In this document: piece after piece, positions 1 through 10,800 of the stretch | How the letters are laid out: every line of letters begins with the position of its first letter | Position numbering within the stretch: the stretch's first letter is position 1 | Source of the DNA: Amphiscolops sp. MND2022 | Taxonomy: Eukaryota | Direction: 5' to 3' | Assembly: GCA_964187785.1 (NCBI GenBank) | Contig: OZ076409.1 | Location: forward strand, 18,478,001 to 18,538,000 | DNA: 60,000 nt | The notes under the pieces: generated by a model | Told to the model about the DNA's origin: nothing | The model's database searches: none | The model's input: the letters and a program-made list of their open reading frames with translations, nothing else | Translations under genes and position numbers: made by a program

Positions 1-473
1 ATTAAAAATTTTCTCTTTTCTTGGTTAGACGCATAGTGCCGAAAATAGAAAAAGTGGCCAGCTATCGCAGAAAGTATAAATTAGAGTTTCCTTTAAAATG
101 GGCTAAGATCAATCAAAGCTTTCCCTTCTTCGAACCTCTTTGCGTTTTTTTTATTGCATTGGCTATTCTTGAGCCTCAAATTTATTATATTGTAGAACAG
201 TTTGGGGCGGAAAACATCTCGCTGCTCAGCAGGCGTCTTGTTTTTGAATCGAGATACTTTTTCATACGTTGTTAAAAAACAATTCCTAAGTATTAAATTT
301 GAATTAGAAGTGCAGTGCTGATATAGAAATGCGTTACGTTTGAAACTAGTCAAGGAACCTCCATTGCACTTCTTATCGATCAGCAACTGAAATCGATTGA
401 AATCAGACTCTTACGTTTAAAACATTGATGGGGAGCTAAATGTGCAAATTGAAGTTGCCTGAACTGAATAATC

Positions 474-964
474 AACAAGACGAGAACGTCTAAAGTCGGC
501 GCCATATCTAAGGCTCAAAAAGCGTAAAACACTTTTTTTGGAAAAAAATTGAAATTTTTGAAAAAAAAATTTCTTTCAAAAGAAGTCGCATAGTGCCGAA
601 AAATGTAAAAGGGGGGACCCTTCTGGATTTATTGACAAACATTCCGTTGCAAAATATCAAAAAACTCAAAGGGGGGACCCTTTGGGGACATTAAAAAATT
701 TTCGAAAAAAAGTCGCACAGTGCCGAAAAAAATCCAAAGGGGGGACCCTTTGGGCACGTCCGGTTGTGTATGTTTCCTTGAAAAAGTAAAAACTGAAAGG
801 GGGACCCTTTGGAGTAAAGTTTGCCTTCTGCGCAGAATTGCAGAATTGTAAGAAAAGTGGACCACTCAGAGTGAGATTGTCAACTGAAAAAAACAAACAA
901 AAAAAAACTACTCACTGTAAGAGTCGGGCTTTTTTCCTTAAGGGAAAAGGCGCCGACTAAAAAA
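474..964 (-). mobile_element. Helentron-associated non-autonomous element (HINE/DINE-1/Pearl-like)
   Basis: On the - strand: T-run + subterminal AGTCGGCGC, nested inverted GCCCGACT, internal AAAGGGTCCCCC core repeats, 3' GCGCCGACT, short hairpin (AGACG-n4-CGTCT) then TGTT. The same architecture recurs at least 6 more times in the window. Confidence 0.7.
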
Positions 965-1139
965 CACTATTGTTGAAATTTTATCATTTTTCAATGTCGA
1001 AAACTACCTGAAAACATAGGCATAAGACTCAAAAATCACTGATTTCCCAGCTGCAAGGAAAAAAATATTTTTTGAGCATTTTGTTCCAAAACATAATCTC
1101 AGTGTGCCGAATTGGAGATTTAGGAAGTTGGTTGCTAGA

Positions 1140-2250
1140 TGTATATCTCTTCCTAATATTGTGGATGTAAGTGGAATGAGTTTATTACATCCATATGCCT
1201 CAATGTAAAGCTTTCTTTTGCTGCTAGCAAACGAATGATTCGAAAAGTATCTAGTTCGCTGGTTGAACTTTGGCCATATCTTTCAGTGGGACATCGTGAC
1301 CTCGTTCTTCGCTTCAGTTGCGTAGCGTTCCTTCTTGCAGTTTCCATCACAAATAGATTATCCCATCTTTCAAATGGCACTTTGTCGCTTGATGAACTAA
1401 CAATGTTCAAGTACTGCACAGATTTGTTCAATTTTTTGGGTGTTTTATGTTTTGGTTTTACAACCTGTGTTGTTGGCTGAACATCAGTTGACTTTTGAGA
1501 CCGTTCCTGTATGACCAGAATTCATGAAGGTTTTGCTTAAAGTGTTCGTTCCAAGCTGCTACGATTTATCACACTATTCTGTATTTCCTGACTGAAAGTT
1601 ATCGTGAAAGAAGTTTCATTTTGATTTTCAGAATCACTTCTCGTTGAGTTTCCAACCTATTTTCACACTCTCAACCTCGAGTACACCTTCGAACTTTGAG
1701 TACAAATTGCTTTGCTCAATTTTATTGTCGAGTGTCACAATTTAAAGATCATCATTCTCGTGTTCTCTTGTTTTGTCGGTGAAACGATCTACTCTATTTC
1801 CCATGAGGACGTCCTTCTGAGCAGGTGTCATTTTTTTAGTTTCAACTTTTTCCACCATGTAGGCAGTACTGCGCTATCGTCAAGGACTACATATTGCTGC
1901 GATTTTGGGTCGAATTTTGACCTTTCATGTTTACGGTTTTTTTTCGCTAGACGGCCAAAAATGTTCAGGTGATCTGTTATTGGTTTTGTGCCCCGTGTTT
2001 TTTGTAAGGAGTTCTCTTTTTCTTTTCGTCTTCTTTGACTGAGTTTCAGACATGAGGCGCTTTGTCTACAGCTCCAAACCTATTACTGTTGACTCAATAT
2101 GGAAGACAACGTGCAGCTTCAACAACTGTTTTAAAATATCGCTCAGCTAACTAAGTTTCGTTCCAGGAACAGTTTCAGAGAACAGCAGTCTGTTCGATTA
2201 AAGTGTATCTCCCACACCCTACTGAAACTTTGGATCGCTCGTAATCACAT
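1140..2250 (-). pseudogene. Decayed Ty1/Copia pol remnant (integrase C-terminus to RT start)
   Basis: Fragmented frames give AERYFKTVVEAARCL (integrase E region), RSKFDPKS, RRTRSRCPTERY and TFRIIRLLAAKESFTLRHMDV (Copia RT start), in the IN-before-RT order; many stops and frameshifts. Confidence 0.65.
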
Positions 2251-2880
2251 CGAGAAGGAGAGAGAATGAAATTGTTCATGTTAATTGCGTTTAACTGGGG
2301 CTATCAACTTTTACGCTAGGACCTGGCTGAGTAGTAAAGACTTTCGTTCAAGAAAAAAATGAAAAGCAAGGATTTTTCGTACTTTAGGTGGAAGACTAAT
2401 TTAGTGGATGAGCGCTCTAAAAAAACTTGAAAAGCACCTGGTTTTTATACTCCAGAAAAAACTTGACTTTTGATAAAGATTAAGGAAATTGGAAGAATGC
2501 GGAAGAGCACTCACTTGACTTTTACTTTCGAATGTTCTCAAAGGATTGTCATGTCACGCCCTCATTCAAAGAATACTTCCATGCAATAATTATGAACTTT
2601 TGAAACAGTAGAGGAACTGATTTTGAGGTTTCGGAATGGTGTGAGATACTTGGTTTATCACATACTTTCTACACATTGAACTTGAAAGGTTAAACACAAC
2701 AAACAAATCGATTCAGCAAGCGCCATCGTTTACTTGTTTACTTCAACAACTTGATGCTTGCTATCAAAGCTGGTTAGTTTTTTTGAAAAGATGAGTGCCA
2801 AAAAATACTATTGGCAATTTCTTCAAACATTGAGTAACCTTTCATTTGTTCCACAGGACCAGAAAAACAATCAATGAGGT

Positions 2881-3360
2881 AACACGCAGGATTTAGAAAA
2901 TGTCGACGACGCGCCGCTTAAGGCTCAAAAGGAGCAAAAGTCCCTCAAAGCGTCAGAGATGGATTCTCTTTTGAATAGTTTCTCAGTTTCTCAATACCGC
3001 AAAAACCCTAGGAGGGGACTCTTCTGGGCCTAAATATATATATTTTTGCTTTCATTCTCACTTCGAGAAATATTAAGTACGTGATAAAGTAACATCCTTT
3101 CAGTGAAACACAACTTTACTTCGGATATAACATCAAAATTTGTGATATAGCGTGCTGAGCCACAGCCAGCGGTCGCCTGAGTGTGGTGGCTGAAGGTAAA
3201 AGTGTAAAAGTGGACCATTCAGAGTGAGATTGTCATCTGACAAAAAACTTGCCACTGTAATAGTCGGGCACATTTTCTTCTAAAATGCACCGACTAAAAA
3301 ACCGGCGAAAAACCACTATAATAGTCGCGTTCTATTTTCAATAAAGCTCCGGCTAAAAAC
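2881..3360 (-). mobile_element. Degenerate HINE copy with a doubled terminal hairpin
   Basis: AAGGCTCAAAA near 2920; shares AGAGTGAGATTGTCA with the copy at 474; two successive TAGTCG...CCG(A/G)CTAAAAA terminal modules at about 3255-3360. Confidence 0.5.
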
Positions 3361-4424
3361 GACAGCACAACAAACATTCAAGGCTGACAAGCCTCGAAAT
3401 TGCACATTCATAAGACTACAGTACTGTTTTGGAGTCTGGAAAGTTGTTTTTCATGCAGCCAATGTAGTCTAACCCACGGACTACCTTAAGTGACCGATAA
3501 AAAGTAACGTTTTTCCGAACTTTCCCACTTCTATCTTACTTTGTTATTTACTACAAATTCTATTTTTTTACTACGGAGCTTGAAGTTTTGAGCTGGTAAT
3601 TTAAAGCAACTGTTGAAACAGGTTTGAAAAAATTGGTCAATTCAAGCATTTTATTCTTTGGAGGAATGCTTTCAAAAATTTCGGCACTGATATAGTTTTT
3701 GGGATGTCTGAAAGTGTCATTAACGGAGGATATCGACCTTCTGAAATAATTGCACTCCATTGCAATATAATTGCTACGTTTCCAATCAGTTGTAAATAAT
3801 AGCTGGTATGAAAGTAATTGCGCTTTAATTTCAGTCGTCCAATTATTTTTTGACCACCCCTGATTAAAGGAATTGAAAGATTTTGTCCAGCTTTGCCTGT
3901 TTTCTCTTCTCCACTTCAACAGAACTCTACTGAAGCACCTTCAAAATCAGAGAAACAGCGAGTATCTCAGCACATTTCCTTATAAAAACAGTCCTTATAA
4001 ATACGGTTTAGTAAAGTCCAAGAAGCGTAGAAACAAAATATGTGTTCGAATAATATATCTCGAATATCTTCGAATAATATATATATCTTTTTCTCACACA
4101 GTATTGAACAATATGTTGATTATTAGACAGCAGCTAATAAATGTTAATTTTAAAAAAATAATAATAATATTTAAATACATTATTTCACATCTGCTTTAGT
4201 TTATTTGCTTTAGTATTTCTTGGCTTTTCATTGTATTGTGTTAGAAGCTCTACATGTTGTACGTTCATGGTCCTTATTTTTCTGCCTAGATGCAAGTTTA
4301 TATTGACAATTTCAAATATCAATTATCATCTTCCCCAAAAAAATTAATTGCTTATGATGCTTCCCTTTTTGACATTAGCCTCATGCGAAATCTTACCGCA
4401 GCGCATCTTACGGCTGCCAATTAC

Positions 4425-5156
4425 TGTAACGGCAAGCTCTGGTACAGCAACATCAACTTCGACATGTTCAGAAAATTTTGTCAAAAATTCGTTCAAATTT
4501 GACGTGGCACTCAAACATGCTCAAGACGAAGTACCTGCCAGAAAAAGCACCCCAAAAAAGCAGAAATCGCCGCTCGCGACGAACAAGCACCGGAGACGAC
4601 TGAAAAGACGTCCCCAACGCATACAGAACACGGTATTGTGTCAATCTCTAGGAGATATCCATTACTACAGTAAAGGAAACCAGTGTTCCAGATGTTCGCC
4701 TGAGTATCCCTGCGGTATCCTGTGTGGCAACTAGCGCTAGCGCTGGGAACCTGAGGTCAATCTTCATCAAATGACTCTGAACTCTTGATTTCTTGTTGTA
4801 TTTTTCGATGTGGTAAATTAATATGCTCGAGAGCTGTTGTTTAACATCTGTTTATCCAATTTGGCGATTTTATCAGATTCTCCAATATTACGGTTCAACC
4901 TTCATCGATTTTCAGCCCAATTTTTAAAGGCTAGTTGAGCAGTGGTCTTGAGTCTTGCAAGATGCCTGTTACTTTTAGCAGTTACAGACTAGGACCAGGC
5001 CAGAGAGCCTCCTACAAGACGGTTCCCCCACCTTGGGACTGGCTCCTTCGGAGGGAAAATGAGCTAGGGCCGCGGAGATCTAAGTCCCAGATTATATTCG
5101 CTGTTCTAGTTCCTCCACTCTACGTTGCGGTTCAAGCGCCAGCGCTTATCGTTACA
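4425..5156 (+). repeat. 5' LTR (732 bp)
   Basis: Starts TGTAACGGC, ends CGTTACA; matches 22536-23267 except for three transitions seen by eye. Confidence 0.97.
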
Positions 5157-5171
5157 TAGAAACTCATTTTT

Positions 5172-5189
5172 TGGCGACCACAGAGGGAT
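5172..5189 (+). promoter_or_regulatory. Primer-binding site, probably tRNA-Arg
   Basis: TGGCGACCACAGAGGGAT begins with TGG (complement of CCA) and resembles the complement of eukaryotic tRNA-Arg 3' ends (...GGTCGCCA); lies 15 nt after the LTR end. Confidence 0.7.
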
Positions 5190-7877
5190 CGTCTTGGGAA
5201 GCTTTCCCTAGCGGTTTTTAAAAGATCTGGCCCCCTGGTGTTCAGCGCCAAGCCCGTTTTCGACTCTGGACAGGAGAGAAGAGCAGAGTTTTACCTCTTT
5301 TTAGTCGTATTACGTCTTACTGGAACTGGGAGAGGCGTTGAACCAGTGAAAATGCGAAGAAAACATGTTTTCAGGTGCGAAAATGGCATTTTTGGGCATT
5401 TTAGAAGGAAATCGCTCTTTATGTGTGATGTGTTGTATACCCATCAGCGGGTACTTTTTTGCAGGTGTAGAGGACCGTAGCACGTGGCTACGGGTGTCTA
5501 ACAGTTTTTTTGAGCTATTTTCAGCCATTTTATGCCATGCAAGAGGGTAACGGATGGATGGTTGACCATACTCCAGCGAGGCGAAGGAGGGGACAAATCT
5601 TGTGTTGCCTACTTCCTATTCCCATTTCTCGTGGAGACGTCCTAGAGGCATGGTTTTTGGTGGACAGCAAGTACAACGACAGACGGTGCTAATGGTCCCA
5701 CCCGCGTATTTCTATCTGGTCTAGAAGTGGAGAAATAACGTGGTGAAGATGCACCCCCTAGGACCAGATGAGTCGCTCAGATGGAGTATGGTTGGCGAAA
5801 ATTTTGAAAATACACCTCTTTCGATGGAGAATCGATGGTGCAGGTCAGTGACGTTCTACCATAAATGTAACGGCACCCTACGAAGTGCTTTTCTGCGAAA
5901 GAGATAGCACTTTGAGAAAAAAACCTCATTTTTGCGTTTTTTTTTGGTGTTTTTCTTGGTTTCGAGCACTAGTGCTCACAGAAGCCAGGAAAGTGTGGTG
6001 GAAAGTTTTGAAAAAGCAGCTGCAAGGCTCGAGAAAGCCGGCACGAGGCACGAAAGGCGAAGTTGAAGCCTTTGATTGTCATAAAAGTGCCAACTTGATG
6101 CCGAAAAATGTGAAAAAAGCGGAAATTTGGCCAAAAAGGCACCCAAAATGTGAACGTACACGAGTGTGGAAGTGTAAAATGACAGTGTACGGCACTATCC
6201 CAAGTGTAGTTGACCCTCCGGATACTAATTGTAATTTTTGTAGCGGACTCAGGCAGCCTGGGGCTGATACAGTGCGAAAAACTTTTGATTTTTGGCATTT
6301 TCGAGCAGAGAAGGTGCATCAACCGAAAACACCCAGAGCGAAGCTTATTCGAAGAGAGCGGGCTCGAGCGCTCTCATTTTCGATTGTAGCAGCAAAAACG
6401 ACGCATTGTGGTGAAAACTGCGTGCGAAAATTCGTTTTCAGCGTCGAGAAAAACTGAAAAACCTTGAATTTTGGCCAGTTTCAGGAGTGCCAGAGTGTAT
6501 CATCAAAACCTCCAGGGCACTCAATGTTTTCGAGACCGGAGAGCCCGCGCGCTCCTATTTTCTGTATTTATAATACAAACGACGCATTGTGGTGAAAACC
6601 GCGTGCAAAAACTCTTATTCAGTGCTGAGAAAAGTGGAAAAACGCACTGAATTTGATCAATTTTCCACTAAACCGGACTGTCTCTGAGCTAGGGTCGGGT
6701 CATCGATTCCTGAACCCTAGCCAAAAAGTGGTTGCATTTTCGTAACCACCACAAAAAACAGCGTTAGTGCCGAAAATTTGGTGGGCGTATCGCTCACCAA
6801 AGTTGAGAAAAACTCTCTGACGTTTCGACTGCAGAGAAGCATAAAAGGACCAAAAAATTCCAAAACTGCTGGACTGACAGTGCCTTATACCTAACGGGCA
6901 CAGCCAATTGAGGGTTTATCCCAGTGCTACGGATAGTGGGGCGACACGTTGGTCCCATTTTGCCTGCCGTATCACTTTCTGAGATGATCCTCTTGATCAA
7001 TTTGTGAAAAAAGTCGTCAAAAACAGTGTTTTTCCGTGTACATCCTACGTAGTGGGTCGAAACCTCAAATAAGCGCTCGCGCTTCAATTCGACCATTTCG
7101 GTGGCATTGTAGGTGCCTACTGGCATAGACTACCAAGTTTGGTGCCGATCTGTGCGATACTTGTTGAGAAAATAGGAAAAACGTGGCACCCAAAAAGGCG
7201 TGCAAAAAGGCAGTTTTTTCCAAATTTTTCCGAGTAACCCGGGCACCTTAGCCGACGGGTGGGGCTATATTGCAGCCCACCATCGTATCCTGTGCTAGTT
7301 TCTACGTTGCTGCAGAGAATTTGAGCTTGCTAGCTCTTTCCAGTGGATCGCAATCTTGAGAAAGACGTGAGAAACAGTGTATTTCGGTACATAGTGGTAC
7401 CGCACGTCTGTACCTAGGTGAAACTGTGTAGAAAGGGCGCAACTCAAAACTGTGCTCATTTTCGTAAACCTACGTGTACCTAAGATCTGCTGGCCAATTT
7501 TGGGCTGGATACGGCGCTTCCCGTGCATACCCGAGCCTTTGGAGAGTTATCGTGCCAATTTTGAAAAACCCGAAAATTTCTTGAAATCCTTCCTGTGGGT
7601 GACTCGAGACCTTTTGCCCCAAACGAAGTTGATTTTCCAGCCCAGTGTGCTTGTGGAAAAACGCTGTGCAAATTTGAACGGCCTACGAGCCCTAGAACGT
7701 GTTCCGAAAAATCTAGAACATTGAATATCACCAAAATTCTTAAGTGCTCACCGGGACGACCAAGGGATCAGCTTTTGAGTGAAGACCCTGGTACGTTCGG
7801 CGACCCAATTTGAGTCTTCCGAGTAATCGTGAGCGGTAACTCGATCGCTATCGATAAACGCGTTGGCCACCGAACCG

Positions 7878-10800
7878 ATGGCGGTGTCCCATACTGGTTC
7901 ACAATCATGGGTCACGATAGAGGGTTCGTGTTTTTCAGACAACATGTCTGACGAAGTCACTATCGAACAACAGCGAAAGGAGGAATTGGCCGCTATGGTT
8001 CGTCCCTCAGAGAACCCCAGTATTTCTGCAAATTCGCGTCGAACTGAGCAGTGGGTCGACGAAACCTGCCGCGACAGAGCTAATGAAGTGGAAGAGGGCT
8101 GGCCTAATTCGAACATGACCGATGAACTGGCGGCTGAGGAAGGGTGCTCGCGCGCACCCCCGGCTGGAGAAAGGCAACTTGGCTCACAAACTGACATGGA
8201 GCAGGACCTCACTCATGTGGGAGGCATGAGTTACGCGCGACAGCGGGGACTCGGGACCACTCGAGGACCTACCCGGGTCTGTGCCTACGGAAAGCACAAG
8301 AAGGTACGACCACCTCTGCTGCAGGTAGGCGAGCCACGCCAAGAGGCATCCCGTGTCAGGAGTATGACAGGTTCATTGGCCTCATCGCAACGGTCCTCAG
8401 TATACAAGGCAGCGTTATTGGATGCCCAAGCCGGAACCCAACGGGCCCTAGCAGGTCTGGCCAGCACTCGTGCTGAGTGCAATGAGCAACACCTGGCTAT
8501 CGTAGAGAACATTAAAATGATGCAGACGACGATGCGTGAAGACCTGCAGGTCAGTGATCAATTGCGCACCGCGCAGAATGTGCAAACTGCTCGAGTGGAC
8601 ACATTGGGTCACCGGATAGGCGAGATGAATGACACGTTGATGTCTCGCGAGCTGCGCGTGGAAACGCAGATCAACGACTTAAGCAATCAGATGCACACGG
8701 TACTCAATGCCATTGAGGTCATGAGGCGTGAGAGGTCACTCCCGCGGCAGTCCAGTGCAAGTGGAGGCGTGCGGAGCGGAGGTACAGTCCGTGTCTCGGA
8801 GCCGACGTGCCCGAGCCAGGTAGTGAAGTCGGAACTGCCGAGCGCGCTAAAGCCTATCACTTCCAGGCCGGCGGTGCCTGCGCCCCGGAAAGAGGAAGGA
8901 GTAGCCGGAAATTTGGTGATGGCCATGCCTGAAGCAGAGCGCAAGCCTGCACGAGTGCAGATGAGGGGGCATCACGACTCAGCAGAATCATCGATGCCTT
9001 CTGCAACCCAGAGTACCACTCGAGATCAAGGCGTGGACCCGATGTCGACCATCTATCTTGATTCCTCGGTCGAAGTCGACCTATCTAACACCAAAGCAAC
9101 CCTAGGCTCTCAAACCGAGGGAGCGACGTTTGCAACTGCCCCTATTTTGATGTCAGGACCAGATTCTTTATACTGGACCGCGGACTTGTCAGCCGAACAT
9201 GGACTGCCCTCGGGCACTCCCTGTGCTAGCAGCACTCGTAAAAAGGACGAAATCGCTGACCTGTCGATACAAGCTACTCTTGGTAGTCATGACAGGACAC
9301 GCGAAGAGGAGGCCAAGGCCGATGAAGGAGAAGCCATATCCCCCGAGCAGCTGAGATTCACGGCCGCCATATCGAAGGCGATGTCCAAAGAGTTAGCGCC
9401 CTTACTCGCCGGCAGAGACTTGGCTCAGGCGAGGCCCAATGTATATCGCGGGTCCAAAGAAGGATCCATTGATGGGTGGATCCTTATCATGCAGAGATAC
9501 CTGAAGAGAACACAAGCCAAGGTTTCAGCCGAGGACCAGGCTTGGAGCATCATCGGTCACCTCGAAGGTGAAGCCCGCAACTACATTATCAACAAAGCGG
9601 AATCCGAACGTGACACCCCCGAAAAGGTGTTCGAATTGTTATCCAGCCGCTTTGGCGCTGGAGGAAACCGTATGCAAGTGCGACAAGCTTTCCAGAGCCG
9701 CATTCAACAAGAGAAAGAAGACTGGATGCAGTATTTAGACGCTCTAGAGGGTCTTCGAAGTCAAGGATTCCCACAAGAGGCAATCACCACCAAGCGCTAT
9801 GAAATCCTCCAGCGCTTCATGGAAGGAGTACGAGACCCAGCGCTGAGGCGGGAACTGGCCATAGTGTATGCCTCGGAAGTCTTCCTGACCGAGCCACCCA
9901 CGGTGGAATCCCTCCGCTTCACTACCCGCCAATTGCAACGCAACCGTCCAAAACCTAACCAATTCCCTCAACCCTATGACCCTAGACTAGCAATGAGGTC
10001 TCGACCTCATCCCTTCGCGCCACTACCCCCCAACAAAATGATGTTACCACAAGGAGTAATGCCTCCCCCACCTGCGAGTAATGCCCCCAATCAAGCAGCA
10101 GTGCAGCCTGCAGCACGCCTACCCGTTGGCGCGTGCTATAATTGCGGACAAGCTGGGCATTTTGCCCGGGACTGTCCTGCCCGTGATCAAGCTCGCAAAC
10201 CAGTGGCAGCTCCTGAACCAGAAGGCGTGAAAGTCACTGCCGAAGACGTAACTGATGGCGTGTTGGAGAGCTATCCAAGCATTCATCAGTGTGCGCACTG
10301 TGGAGTCTATGACCATGTGGATGTCCCTTGTGGTGAGCATTCCCAAGCTGCGAGGCCTAATGATGAATTGGCCTACAATCGATGGGCTGAAGTGGAATCC
10401 GCTGGTGTGGCCGCTCACACGGTACCCCTGGAAGATGATCGCGTATTAATGCTACACCCAGCGGAGCCCCCAGCGTTTCACCCCCCACTGATAGTTACAT
10501 GTGGGACAAAGCAGATTCAGACGTGCTTGGAGCCCACAACATTCGATCCACAAGGGAGGACGTTGATCTCGATTCATCTTATGCTGGCAGCCGAGCAAGT
10601 GCGCAGACCAACGTTAACTTTGGCAAAACTCTGGGTTGAGCTATCTGTCCTCTATAAACGGATGGAATTGCCCCGCCCAAAACAGTGGCACGTCCCCGGA
10701 GAGTCAGAGACCCTGACTACATACTCGCCAGTACCAGTCTGTGCAACGATGGACGGCGTGGACGTGAAATTCGAGGGCTGTGTGGTGGTAGATGTATTCC

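Noticed and set aside
4348..5159. ORFs overlapping the LTRs (4348-4734, 4935-5159 and their twins at 22468-22845, 23046-23282)
   Set aside because: They recur only because the LTR is duplicated; starts lie in different flanks or use TTG/GTG, and no motif is recognisable.
5885..6457. 190-aa ORF in the retrotransposon leader
   Set aside because: GTG start, low-complexity Lys/Arg/Phe composition, overlaps leader repeats, no recognisable domain.
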